This document shows, in pieces, positions 10,001-19,013 of a stretch of 39,704 bases of DNA. Made by a program: the position numbers and the translations under genes. Position 1 is the first letter of the stretch. Each line of letters opens with the position of its first letter. The DNA lies in assembly GCF_965152275.1 (NCBI RefSeq), contig NW_027439781.1, positions 1 to 39,704 of the forward strand, in the 5' to 3' direction. Origin of the DNA: Natator depressus (lineage: Eukaryota). A model generated the notes under the pieces. The model did no database searches. It was given only the letters and a program-made list of their open reading frames with translations, and was not told the DNA's origin.

Positions 10001-11200
10001 GAGGGAAGGTGGCAGTGGAGGGAAGGAGGGAAGGTGGCAGTGGAGGGAAGGAGGGAAGGTGGCAGTGGAGGGAAGGAGGCAGTGGCAGTGGAGGGAAGGA
10101 GGCAAGGAGGCAGTGGAGGGATGGAGGGAAGGAGGCAGTGGCAGTGGAGGGAAGGAGGGATGGAGGCAGTGGAGGGAAGGAGGGATGGAGGCAGTGGCAG
10201 TGGAGGGATGGAGGCAGTGGAAGCGGAGGGAAGGAGGCAGTGGCAGCAGAGAGATGGAGGCAGCGGAGGGATGGAGGCAGTGGAATCGGAGGGATGGAGG
10301 CAGTGGAATCGGAGGGATGGAGGCAGTGGAAGCGGAGGGATGGAGGGAAGGCAGTGGAAGCGGAGGGATGGAGGCAGTGGCAGTGGAGGGATGGAGGCAG
10401 TGGCAGTGGAGGGATGGAGGCAGTGGCAGTGGAGGGATGGAGGGAAGGAGGCAGTGGGAGCGGAGGGAAGGAGGCAGTGGGAGCGGAGGGGTGGAGGGAA
10501 GGAGGCAGTGAAAGTGGAGGGGAGGAGGCAGTGAAAGTGGAGGGGAGGAGGCAGTGGCAGTGGAGGGATGGAGGGGAGGAGGCAGTGAAAGTGGAGGGGA
10601 GGAGGCAGTGGCAGTGGAGGGATGGAGGGGAGGAGGCAGTGAAAGTGGAGGGGAGGAGGCAGTGAAAGTGGAGGGGAGGAGGCAGTGGCAGTGCAGGGAT
10701 GGAGGGAAGGAGGCAGTGGGAGCGGAGGGAAGGAGGCAGTGGGAGCGGAGGGATGGAGGCAGTGGCAGTGGAAGCGGAGGGATGGAGGCAGTGGAAGCGG
10801 AGGGAAGGAGGCAGTGGCAGTGGAGGGATGGAGGGAAGGAGGCAGTGGCAGTGGAGGGTTGGAGGGAAGGAGGCAGTGGCAGTGGAGGGATGGAGGGAAG
10901 GAGGCAGTAGGAGCGGAGGGAAGGAGGCAGTGAGAGCGGAGGGAAGGAGGCAGTGGCAGTGGAGGGTTGGAGGGAAGGAGGCAGTGGAAGTGGAGGGTTG
11001 GAGGGAAGGAGGCAGTGGGAGCGGAGGGAAGGAGGGAAGGAGGCAGTGGAGGGAAGGAGGCAGTGGCAGTGGAGGGTTGGAGGGAAGGAGGCAGTGGCAG
11101 TGGAGGGAAGGAGGCAGTGGCAGTGGAGGGATGGAGGGAAGAAGGCAGTAGAAGCGGAGGGAAGGACGCAGTGGGAGCGGAGGGCTGCAGCCATGCACTG
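7090..11200 (+). repeat. 4.1-kb purine/G-rich minisatellite in TLCD3B intron 2. Units of roughly 27-33 bp (ggagggaaggaggcagtggcagtggagggatgg) with sub-variants.
   Basis: Continuous GGA/GGC-rich periodic sequence. It is the source of the 1351-aa and 1454-aa artefact ORFs in the track. Confidence 0.9.
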
Positions 11201-11822
11201 GCTCATGGGGCGAAGGCTGACGGGGGTTCCTTCGTCAGGGCCACGCTTCAGGCAGGAAACAGTGGGGTGTCTGTGCCTGCTGCTGAGGCTGGGGGGTGGG
11301 ACCTGCCAGGCCGGGGAGCAGCCTGCCCTCGTGGGCCACGCACGTCCCCCAGCCGGGGAGGGGCCGGGGCGCGGGGCTGAGGGGGATGGCGGAGGAGGGC
11401 AGCGGCCAGCTGGGGGGGGGTGCTGGCTGCTCTGGACAGGGATGGCCAGGGTGAGAGACCGCAGAGGGGTGACCTGGGAGGCCCTGGGTTTGGATCCCCG
11501 TGGGAGAGGGGGCTCCTGAAGGCTGGATCCCTGTGGGGGGAGGGGCCCCAGGAGGCTGGGGATCCTGCCACCTCTGCTCCCAGCCACACATCAGAGGGGA
11601 TTTCAATGCAGTGACTGGGCCTGTCAGCCCCCCACCAGAGCCATGTGCACCCCCAACAGCCCTCACTAGTCCCCTCTGCACCCCACACATTCCAGAGCAG
11701 CAGTTATGGGCACAGATTAGTGATCATCCTGGAGCCTCGGGCTGGGCTAGTGGGGGGCTGCGGGTCAGGGTTGAGGGAAAAGAGGGGCTGGTCCCGTTAA
11801 CCCTGCGTCCCTCCCCTGCAGG

Positions 11823-11906
11823 CTGGTCTCCTCCATCCAAGCCGTCATGGCCTCCACAGCCGGATACATCGTTTTCAGCTCCTGCCAACACGTTATCGAT
11901 GACCAG
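11823..11906 (+). CDS. TLCD3B: TLCD3B exon 3. (K/R)LVSSIQAVMASTAGYIVFSSCQHVIDD(Q).
   Basis: Acceptor ctgcag|G, donor GACCA|GTGAGT. Matches human LVSSVQAIMASTAGYIVSTSCKHIIDDQ. Confidence 0.85.
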
Positions 11907-11999
11907 TGAGTCTGCTCCCTCCGGCGTGGCCCCCTTTCCTGCCCCAGTCCCTCCCCCCCACTGCCTGGCCCACTCCCTGCCTTGGACTGGCCCGCTCCA

Positions 12000-12260
12000 C
12001 CCCCAGCCTGGCCTGCTTCCCCTGGGCAGCCCGGCCTCACCCACCAGGGGGCGCTGTGGGGTGGGGGTGGGGCGCTTGCTATTGGGGGAGCTCCTGGCTA
12101 CCCCAACCTCAGCATCTCCCAGCAGGGGGCGCTGAGGGGAGGGGCAGGGTGCTGGCTGTGGGGGGAGCTCCTGGCTACTCCAGCCCGGCCTTGCCCAGCA
12201 GGGGGCGCTGTGGGGAGCAAGGCTGTGGTCTCCCTGTCTACGGTGCTGAAGGGCCTGGGA
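12000..12260. repeat. About 3 tandem copies of an 80-bp unit (ccagcagggggcgctg...gggggagctcctggctac).
   Basis: Direct periodicity. Confidence 0.6.
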
Positions 12261-12337
12261 GCTGGGCGGGTCTGTGGCTGCTTTGTTCCACACCGTGGAC
12301 AGGGCCCTTTCCGTGGGCTCCTTTATGAGACTCGGAA

Positions 12338-12830
12338 CTAGGACCCACTGTATGGTGGGGGAGGGCTGGAGCCAGGACTCCTGGGTTCTATTCCTAACTC
12401 TGCCACTGATCTCCTCTTCATGGGGAGCAGAGTGGGTAGGCTGGACAACGCCCCCTCCTGGCGCTGGGCAGCAGAATGCCCGGGAGGCTCCAGCCCCCTG
12501 CCGCCTGCACCAGCCCCTCCCAGTGTCGCTGGCATATTCACCTTCCTCCCCAGAGCTGAGCCGGAATTATCCCCCGCCCGCTCCTGAGCCCTCTCCTGGG
12601 AGCACAGATGGGGCCAGCGAGCTAATCCCCTCGGCCGCGGATCAGCCTGCCCCGCAGCTCTGGGAGGGGAGTGGGGTCTGGTGGTTAGAGCGAGGGAGGC
12701 TGGGAACCAGGACTCCTGGGTTCAACTGGCTCTGGAGGGGAGTGGGGTACAGTGGTTAGAGCAGGATTGGGCTGGAAGCCTGGACTCCTGGGTTCTATCC
12801 CGGCTTTATGAATGGGGTGCCCCCGCAGGC
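12338..12830. mobile_element. MIR/CORE-type tRNA-derived SINE head fragments (tggttagagc ... ggagccaggactcctgggttctattcctaactctgccactga), several partial copies.
   Basis: Similar to the MIR consensus GGAGCCAGACTGCCTGGGTTCGAATCCCGGCTCTGCCACT. Related fragments are at 5655-5740 and 33290-33412. Confidence 0.6.
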
Positions 12831-13029
12831 TGTGTTCCTACATGGACCCCCCCACAACACACTCCAGCTGACTGAGAGATGAGGGCTGGTTTCCATGGCA
12901 GCTGCACCCGCCCCGATCCCCACACTGCACCTGGAGCCTGCAGAGTCCCGAGCCTCTGACACAGCCACTCATGGGCCTGGGGTGGGGGTGTGAGGAAAGC
13001 ATCATGGGAAATCTTACCCCCCCCCCTTC

Positions 13030-13500
13030 CCCTCCGCATCATTGGGCTAGTGCCTCTCACTCCCGACCCGCAGCCCCCTGCTAGCCCAGCCCTGCCCCCC
13101 CCAGCTGTGCCGGTGCCCCTCACTCCCGACCCGCAGTCCCCTGCTAGCCCAGCCCTCAGCCCCTCCAGCCCTGCCGGTGCCCCTCACTCCCGACCCACAG
13201 CCCCCTGCTAGCCCAGCCCTCAGCCCCTCCAGCCCTGCCGGTGCCCCTCATTCCCGACCCGCAGCCCCCTGCCAGCCCAGCCCTGCCCCCCCCTGCCCTG
13301 CCGGTGCCCCTCACTCCCGACCCGCAGCCCCCTGCTAGCCCAGCCCTGCCCCCCCCCAGCTGTGCCGGTGCCCCTCACTCCCGACCTGCAGCCCCCTGCT
13401 AGCCCAGCCCTGCCGGTGCCCCTCACTCCCGACCCACAGCCCCCTGCTAGCCCAGCCCTGCCCCCCAGCTCTGCTGGTGCCCCTCACTCCCGACCCACAG
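13030..13500. repeat. Dispersed minisatellite family, array A. Core ctgccggtgcccctcactcccgacccgcagccccctgc, unit about 60 bp, about 8 copies.
   Basis: Direct periodicity. The same core in reverse complement occurs at 13680-13920. Confidence 0.8.
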
Positions 13501-13679
13501 CCCCTGAATCCTTTGTCCCACTGCAGCATCCTGGGCTGCGGCTCTGGCATGGGGCCTAATCGGCTCACACTGGGCAGAGGCCTCTGTCAGCACAATTTGG
13601 CAGCGGGACTGCAGCATGGGGCGGCGGGGGGGGGGGTGCAGGTGGAGGGGCCGGGGGCCAAGCTTGGAAGGAGGGACAG

Positions 13680-13920
13680 GGCCTATGGCTGGGCTAGCAG
13701 GGGCTGCGGGTCGGGAGTGAGGGGCACCGGCAGAGCTGGGGGGGCAGGGCTGGGGTAGTAGGGGCTGCGGGTCGGGAGTGAGGGGCACCAGCAGAGCTGG
13801 GGGGCAGGGCTGGGCTGGCAGGGGCTGCGGGTCGGGAGTGAGGGGCACCAGCAGAGCTGGGGGGCAGGGCTGGGGTAGCAGGGGCTGCGGGTTGGGAGTG
13901 AGGGGCACCAGCAGAGCTGG
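13680..13920. repeat. Dispersed minisatellite family, array B (gggctgcgggtcgggagtgaggggcaccggcag...). It is inverted relative to array A and forms an imperfect palindrome with arms about 180 bp apart.
   Basis: Reverse complement of array A units. The + and - strand ORFs read the same [10 protein letters not shown] peptide. Confidence 0.8.
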
Positions 13921-14380
13921 GGGGTATCCTCGCTGTGGGTCATGGTTGTGGCTGCCCCATGGGCTGTGGGGGGTGGAGGCGCCTGGCTCGGCTCCGGGTG
14001 GAGGAGGCTGCGTTCCCTATGACCTTGCAGCAGCTGTTGCCCGTCAATACTCCATCGATCCTCCCAGTCCCTACCCACCAGGCCACACTGCCGCCACGCT
14101 CGCCAGCCTGCGCCCCATGGCCTGTCTCCCCCATCCCGGTGAGCAGGCCAGGGCAGGTTACCCCTGCCAGCCCCACCCTCTGCCTGAGGTGCTGCTGGAT
14201 CCCCCAGCCCAGCCCCCCACACAGCTCCCCCCAGGCCCTGGCACTGCAGAGCCCCTCCTCCTGGCAGCTTCCGCTGCCTTGTGTCCCACCCCTCTCCCCT
14301 AGCACCCCCAGCAGGGCCCCACTGCCCCCGCCAGCTTCCCCTGCCCCCGCGGCAGCTCTAACCCCTCTGTCTTCCCCCAG

Positions 14381-14600
14381 GCACTGGCTGACGAGCGCCT
14401 ACACGGAGTTTGCGGTGCCCTACTTCATCTACGACATCTACGCCATGTTCCTCTGCCACTGGCACAGGTACCGGGTGAAGGGGCACGAGGCTGCGGGGCC
14501 CCGCTCGCTGCGCACCGCCACCCGCGCCTTCCTGCGCAAGGAGTTCCTCATGGTGCTGCACCACCTCTGCATGGTGCTGGTGTGCTTCCCCGTCTCCGTG
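14381..14600 (+). CDS. TLCD3B: TLCD3B exon 4. (Q)HWLTSAYTEFAVPYFIYDIYAMFLCHWHRYRVKGHEAAGPRSLRTATRAFLRKEFLMVLHHLCMVLVCFPVSV.
   Basis: Strong match to human HWLSSAYTQFAVPYFIYDIYAMFLCHWHKHQVKGH...KEFLMVLHHAAMVLVCFPLSV. Acceptor cttcccccag|G, donor GTG|GTGAGTGGG. Confidence 0.9.
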
Positions 14601-15560
14601 GTGAGTGGGCCCCGATAGCCGCAGGGGGCTGCACCCCCTCTGCATGGTGCTGGTGTGCTTCCCCGTCTCCGTGGTGAGTGGCCCCCGATAGCCGCAGGGG
14701 GGCCCCCCGATAGCCGCAGGGGGCTGCACCCCCTCTGCATGGTGCTGGTGTGCTTCCCCGTCTCCGTGGTGAGTGGCCCCCGATAGCCGCAGGGGGCTGC
14801 ACCCCCTCTGCATGGTGCTGGTGTGCTTCCCCGTCTCCGTGGTGAGTGGCCCCCGATAGCCGCAGGGGGGCCCCCCGATAGCCGCAGGGGGCTGCACCCC
14901 CTCTGCATGGTGCTGGTGTGCTTCCCCGTCTCCGTGGTGAGTGGGCCCCGATAGCCGCAGGGGGCTGCACCCCCTCTGCATGGTGCTGGTGTGCTTCCCC
15001 GTCTCCGTGGTGAGTGGGCCCCGATAGCCGCAGGGGGGCCCCTGATAGCCGCAGGGGGCTGCACCCCCTCTGCATGGTGCTGGTGGGCTTCCCCCTCTCC
15101 GTGGTGAGTGGGGCCCGATAGCCGCAGGGGGGCCCCTGATAGCCGCAGGGGGCTGCACCCCCTCTGCATGGTGCTGGTGGGCTTCCCCCTCTCCGTGGTG
15201 AGTGGGCCCCGATAGCCGCAGGGGGGCCCCCCGATAGCCGCAGGGGGCTGCACCCCCTCTGCATGGTGCTGGTGTGCTTCCCCGTCTCCGTGGTGAGTGG
15301 GCCCCGATAGCCGCAGGGGGCTGCACCCCCTCTGCATGGTGCTGGTGTGCTTCCCCGTCTCCGTGGTGAGTGGGCCCCGATAGCCGCAGGGGGGCCCCTG
15401 ATAGCCGCAGGGGGCTGCACCCCCTCTGCATGGTGCTGGTGGGCTTCCCCCTCTCCGTGGTGAGTGGGGCCCGATAGCCGCAGGGGGGCCCCTGATAGCC
15501 GCAGGGGGCTGCACCCCCTCTGCATGGTGCTGGTGGGCTTCCCCCTCTCCATGGTGAGTG
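14601..15560 (+). repeat. About 11 tandem copies (73 bp, or 94 bp with an insert) of the 3' end of TLCD3B exon 4 plus its donor (ctctgcatggtgctggtgtgcttccccgtctccgtg|gtgagtgggccccgatagccgcagggggctgcaccc). They fill almost all of intron 4.
   Basis: Direct. Each copy keeps a GTGAGTGG donor and a ...ccgcag|g acceptor-like site. Confidence 0.9.
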
Positions 15561-15700
15561 GGGCCCGAGATCCCCAGGAGGCCGTAAGAAGGCAAGGGGT
15601 GGGACCGAGCCACAGGAGGGAAGTGGGGGTCCTGAGCCCATGAGGGGGCAGGAGGGGGCTAGTTCCCACCAGCTGCCCCTCACCCCCCCTCTCTCCCCAG

Positions 15701-15796
15701 CTGTGGCGCCAGGGGAAGGGCGATTTCTTCCTGGGCTGCATGCTGATGGCCGAGCTGAGCACCCCCTTCGTCTCCCTGGGCAAGGTGCTCATCCTG
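15701..15796 (+). CDS. TLCD3B: TLCD3B exon 5. [32 protein letters not shown].
   Basis: Matches human [32 protein letters not shown]. Acceptor ctctccccag|, donor CTG|GTGAGT. Confidence 0.9.
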
Positions 15797-15799
15797 GTG

Positions 15800-16070
15800 A
15801 GTACCCGCCGGGGGGAGGGGAGGGGAGGGCGGATGCCTGGGTTCTCTGCCCAGCTCGTGGTGGGAGGGGAGTGCCCGGACGCCTGGGTTCCGTTCCCAGC
15901 CGGAGGGGCGGGGGTGCCCGGACGCCTGGGTTCCGTTCCCAGCCGGAGGGGCGGGGGTGCCCGGACGCCTGGGTTCCGTTCCCGGGCGGGGGTGCCCGGA
16001 CGCCTGGGTTCCGTTCCCGGGCGGGGGGCGGGGGTGCCCGGACGCCTGGCTCCCTCACCCCTCTCTCTCC
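15800..16070. repeat. About 5 tandem copies of a 50-bp SINE-B-box-derived unit (ggtgcccggacgcctgggttccgttcccagccggaggggcggg) just upstream of the exon 6 acceptor.
   Basis: Direct periodicity. The unit resembles the ctgggttc B-box region of the MIR-like SINE. Confidence 0.7.
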
Positions 16071-16075
16071 CCCAG

Positions 16076-16384
16076 TACAAGCGGCAGCACACCCTGCTGC
16101 ACAAGGTGAACGGGCTGCTCATGCTGGTGACCTTCTTCTGCTGCCGCATCCTGCTCTTCCCCTACATGTACCGGGCCTACGGGCGCCACGCCGGGCTGCC
16201 CCTGCACCGCGTGCCCCTCGCCCTGCCGCCCGCCTACAACCTGGGCGCCGCCCTGCTCCTGGCCCCCCAGCTCTACTGGTTCGGCCTCATCTGCCGCGGG
16301 GCCGTCCGCCTCTTCCGCCGTGCCCCGCCCACGGACCCCGCCCTGCGCAACGGGCATGGCCCCGGGGGGCGGGCGCTGGACTGA
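16076..16384 (+). CDS. TLCD3B: TLCD3B last exon. [102 protein letters not shown] followed by a stop (TGA at 16382-16384).
   Basis: Matches human [80 protein letters not shown]. Acceptor ctctctcccccag|. Confidence 0.9.
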   Translation, partial: [102 protein letters not shown]

Positions 16385-16660
16385 GAACCCCCGGTGCCAG
16401 GGGCACGGCCTCTGGGGGCGGGCGCTGGACTGAGACCCCCCCAGTGCCACGGGCACCGCCCCCAGGCCGGGTGCTGGACTGAGACCCCCGCCCTGCGCCA
16501 CGGGCACGGCCCCGGGGGGCGGGCGCTGGACTGAGAACCCCCGGTGCCAGGGGCACGGCCTCTGGGGGCGGGTGCTGGACAGAGACCCCCCGGTGCCACG
16601 GGCACCGCCCCCGGGGGCGGGCGCTGAACAGAGACCCCCCCAGTGCCACGGGCACCACCC
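16330..16660 (+). repeat. About 6 tandem copies of a 60-bp unit (gccacgggcacggccccggggggcgggcgctggactgagaacccccggt). They include the last 14 codons and stop of TLCD3B and extend into the 3'UTR.
   Basis: Direct. The first copy is coding, and later copies retain ctggactgaga. Confidence 0.8.
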
Positions 16661-16842
16661 CAGCCTACCTGCTCTGTGCTAAGGGCATATCCTCGGGGGG
16701 GCTCGCTGGCCTGAGCCCCCCTGCCCGTGTGGTGCCATGGGCACAGCCCCAAGGCCCTGGCATGAGACCGTCCCCGCGTGGTGGGCACGGGGTGAACTGA
16801 CATCTGGGGCCAGCGCCCAGAGCCTCAGCTTCTAACGACTTT

Positions 16843-16860
16843 ATTTATTTATTTATTGGG
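16843..16860 (-). terminator. (TTTA)n run. On the - strand it reads AATAAATAAATAAA and is a candidate poly(A) signal for the - strand gene ending at 17726.
   Basis: gactttatttatttatttatt on the + strand. Inference only. Confidence 0.3.
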
Positions 16861-17725
16861 GGCCCTCCCTGGAATTCTCCGGGGGCTGCTGCAGGAGGGA
16901 GTGGGGCCCCCCTTGGACTGACAGGGGCTGACTGCAACCCCCATTCTCAGGGGTCTGCCCAGTAGCACCTGGGGCGGTCCCCCTGGGTGGTGCAGCTCAG
17001 ACACCCCCAGTAATGGGGGAATGAGGTGCAAATCGGGGGGTTGGCTGTGTTGGGAGGCGAGGGTTTAGCCTGGAGATTTGGGGGACCCCTGGGAATCTCA
17101 GGGGGCCACCCAGGGGATTGAATTCCTGCCCCACCAGAGTGTGGGGGGACCCAGCCAGACTCCACCAGCAGACAGTTTGGGTGGACTTGGGGACCCCCCA
17201 CACTGCCCCCCACTGTAGCAATAACCAGGCAGCGGGTGGGGAACTGACCCCCCCAACAAGGACTGTGAGCTCTGCACCCCCCAGCTGCTCGCTGGGTCAG
17301 GATGTATACGGGGGGGGGATTTCCAACCCTGGGGGCTGCAAAGTATTAAAGGAGCCTTGATCCAATGCCAGTGCCGCTGCCTCCGGGTGATTATTACCCC
17401 CCACCCCCCAGACTGCCCCCCAGCCAGTGCCTCAGGGTGATTATGAACCCCCAGCCCCCCAAAACTGCCCCCCAGCCAGCACCTGCAGGGGACTGTTACT
17501 GCCCCCCCCCCCGGGTGCCAGGCACTGGGGATGCCAAGACAATGCAGCTCTTTACTGGGGGGGGCAAAGCTGAACCCTGACATCCTGCAGCTCCTCAGCT
17601 CTGCGTCCTGCAGACCCTAAGAGAGAACAAGGGGGGGGTCACTGCCAGCCTCCCGGCAGCACTGGGGCGGGGGGGGTTGGAGAGGACCAGGCCAGGGAAT
17701 AGGACCCAGGCGTCCGGGGAGACAC

Positions 17726-17817
17726 CTACAGTGTGCTGCAGATCTGGTAGAGGAGGAAGAGCAGGGTCAGCAGGACGGAACCAAGCAGGATGCGGTGCAG
17801 GACTCGGGGCAGGGGAT
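17726..17817 (-). CDS. Small transmembrane protein gene X, last exon. (N)PLPRVLHRILLGSVLLTLLFLLYQICSTL followed by a stop (TAG at 17728-17726).
   Basis: Acceptor ccccccaccag|AT. Phase fits exon 2. Hydrophobic C-terminal transmembrane segment. Confidence 0.5.
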
Positions 17818-17959
17818 CTGGTGGGGGGCAAAAAGGCCAACGTGGGGACAAAGTGGGAGTGCACCCCCCCAAGCCTCCGCCCTGGGGCCAAAGCTTATGG
17901 ACATCGAGTGTGACCCCCCGTCCCCTCCGAAACTACTGCTGGGGCAGAGCTTGGGGGAG

Positions 17960-18300
17960 CCCAGGGCTGGGCTAGCAGGGGCTGCAGGTCGGGAGTGAGG
18001 GGCACCGGCAGGGCTGGGGGCGCAGGGGCTGCGGGTCGGGAGTGAGGGGCACCGGCAGGGCTGGGGGCGCAGGGGCTGCGGGTCGGGAGTGAGGGGCACC
18101 GGCAGGGCTGGGGGGGCAGGGGCTGCGGGTCGGGAGTGAGGGGCACCGGCAGGGCTGGGGGCGCAGGGGCTGCGGGTCGGGAGTGAGGGGCACCGGCAGG
18201 GCTGGGGGGGCAGGGGCTGCGGGTCGGGAGTGAGGGGCACCGGCAGGGCTGGGGGCGCAGGGGCTGCGGGTCGGGAGTGAGGGGCACCGGCAGGGCTGGG
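17960..18300. repeat. Dispersed minisatellite family, array C (gggctgcgggtcgggagtgaggggcaccggcagggctgggggcgcag, 47 bp, about 7 copies), in the intron of gene X.
   Basis: Direct periodicity. Same core as 13680-13920. Confidence 0.85.
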
Positions 18301-18412
18301 CTGGGCTAGCAGGGGGCTGCGGGTCCGGAGCCGGGCGGGAGGTAGCCTGGAGCTGGGGGCAGGACTGAGGGGCACTGTCTGTCTGGGGATCCCTGCCCCC
18401 CCATCCCCTCAC

Positions 18413-18538
18413 TGGCTGCGAAGAACACGGGCTTCTCCCCGATGTAGCGGTAGGTCGCCAGGATCTTGGCTCGGTCGTCGTCGGGATAATCGAACCAGAG
18501 CGGCCCCGGCGCCTGCCACGTCCCTCCCCTCGGCGTCG
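18413..18538 (-). CDS. Gene X exon 2. (A)TPRGGTWQAPGPLWFDYPDDDRAKILATYRYIGEKPVFFAA.
   Basis: Acceptor ttcttggcactgcag|CG. Donor GCAGCCA|GTGAGG. Phase 1 in and out. It is not one of the 60-aa-or-longer ORFs in the track because it is a short exon. Confidence 0.5.
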
Positions 18539-18639
18539 CTGCAGTGCCAAGAAACCAGAGCAGGGAGCCGGCTACGGGGGAAGACGCTCTGGTACGTCAA
18601 GGCCAGGACTCTACTGCTCCGCAACAGGACAGCTGAGCT

Positions 18640-18960
18640 TCGACTTGGTGCTGGCTAAGGGGCCGTGCCACACGATGTCGGGACACAGCAGGCGGCGCTG
18701 GTGACGGGGGGTTCAGCCCGGGGGAGCCGTTTTGGGGGGTCACCCAGCAGGCGGAGCTGGTGACGGGGGGTTCAGCCCGGGGGAGCCGTTTTGGGGGGTC
18801 ACCCAGCAGGCAGAGCTGGTGATGGGGGGTTCAGCCCGGGGTAGCCGTTTGGGGGGGTTGCCCAGCAGGCGGTGCTGGTGACGGGGGGTTCGGGACAGGG
18901 GAGCCGTTTGGGGGGGGGCAGCGCCCAGCAGGCGGTGCTGGTGACGGGGGGTTCGGGACA
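18640..18960. repeat. About 5 tandem copies of a 60-bp unit (caggcggagctggtgacggggggttcagcccgggggagccgttttggggggtcacccagcagg) in intron 1 of gene X.
   Basis: Direct periodicity. Confidence 0.8.
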
Positions 18961-19013
18961 GGGGAGCCGTTTGCGGGGGGCTTGGCCAGCAGTGCTCGGG
19001 GCCTGGCCCTCAC

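Noticed and set aside
7143-11587. Very long ORFs on both strands (1351, 1454, 1108, 841 aa and others) across 7.1-11.6 kb.
   Set aside because: These are translations of the GGA/GGC minisatellite. They are low-complexity PSLH/GGSG repeats with no start context or splice logic, and they overlap each other in all frames.
14601-15560. Regularly spaced direct repeats that could superficially resemble a CRISPR array. The same applies to 27780-28650.
   Set aside because: This is a eukaryotic nuclear context with introns, CpG islands and SINEs. There are no unique spacers and the entire unit is repeated. Here the unit is a copy of the adjacent exon end. No cas genes are present.
14358-16803. ORFs of 441, 391 and 533 aa on the - strand, plus several 100-300 aa ORFs over the TLCD3B 3' half and other GC-rich repeat blocks.
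   Set aside because: They run antisense to well-supported TLCD3B exons and through the 73-bp intron-4 array. Their composition is repeat-driven.
18470-18490. tRNA B-box-like GGTTCGATTATCC on the - strand.
   Set aside because: It lies inside the coding exon of the small transmembrane gene (CTC TGG TTC GAT TAT CCC encodes LWFDYP). There is no A box or cloverleaf context.
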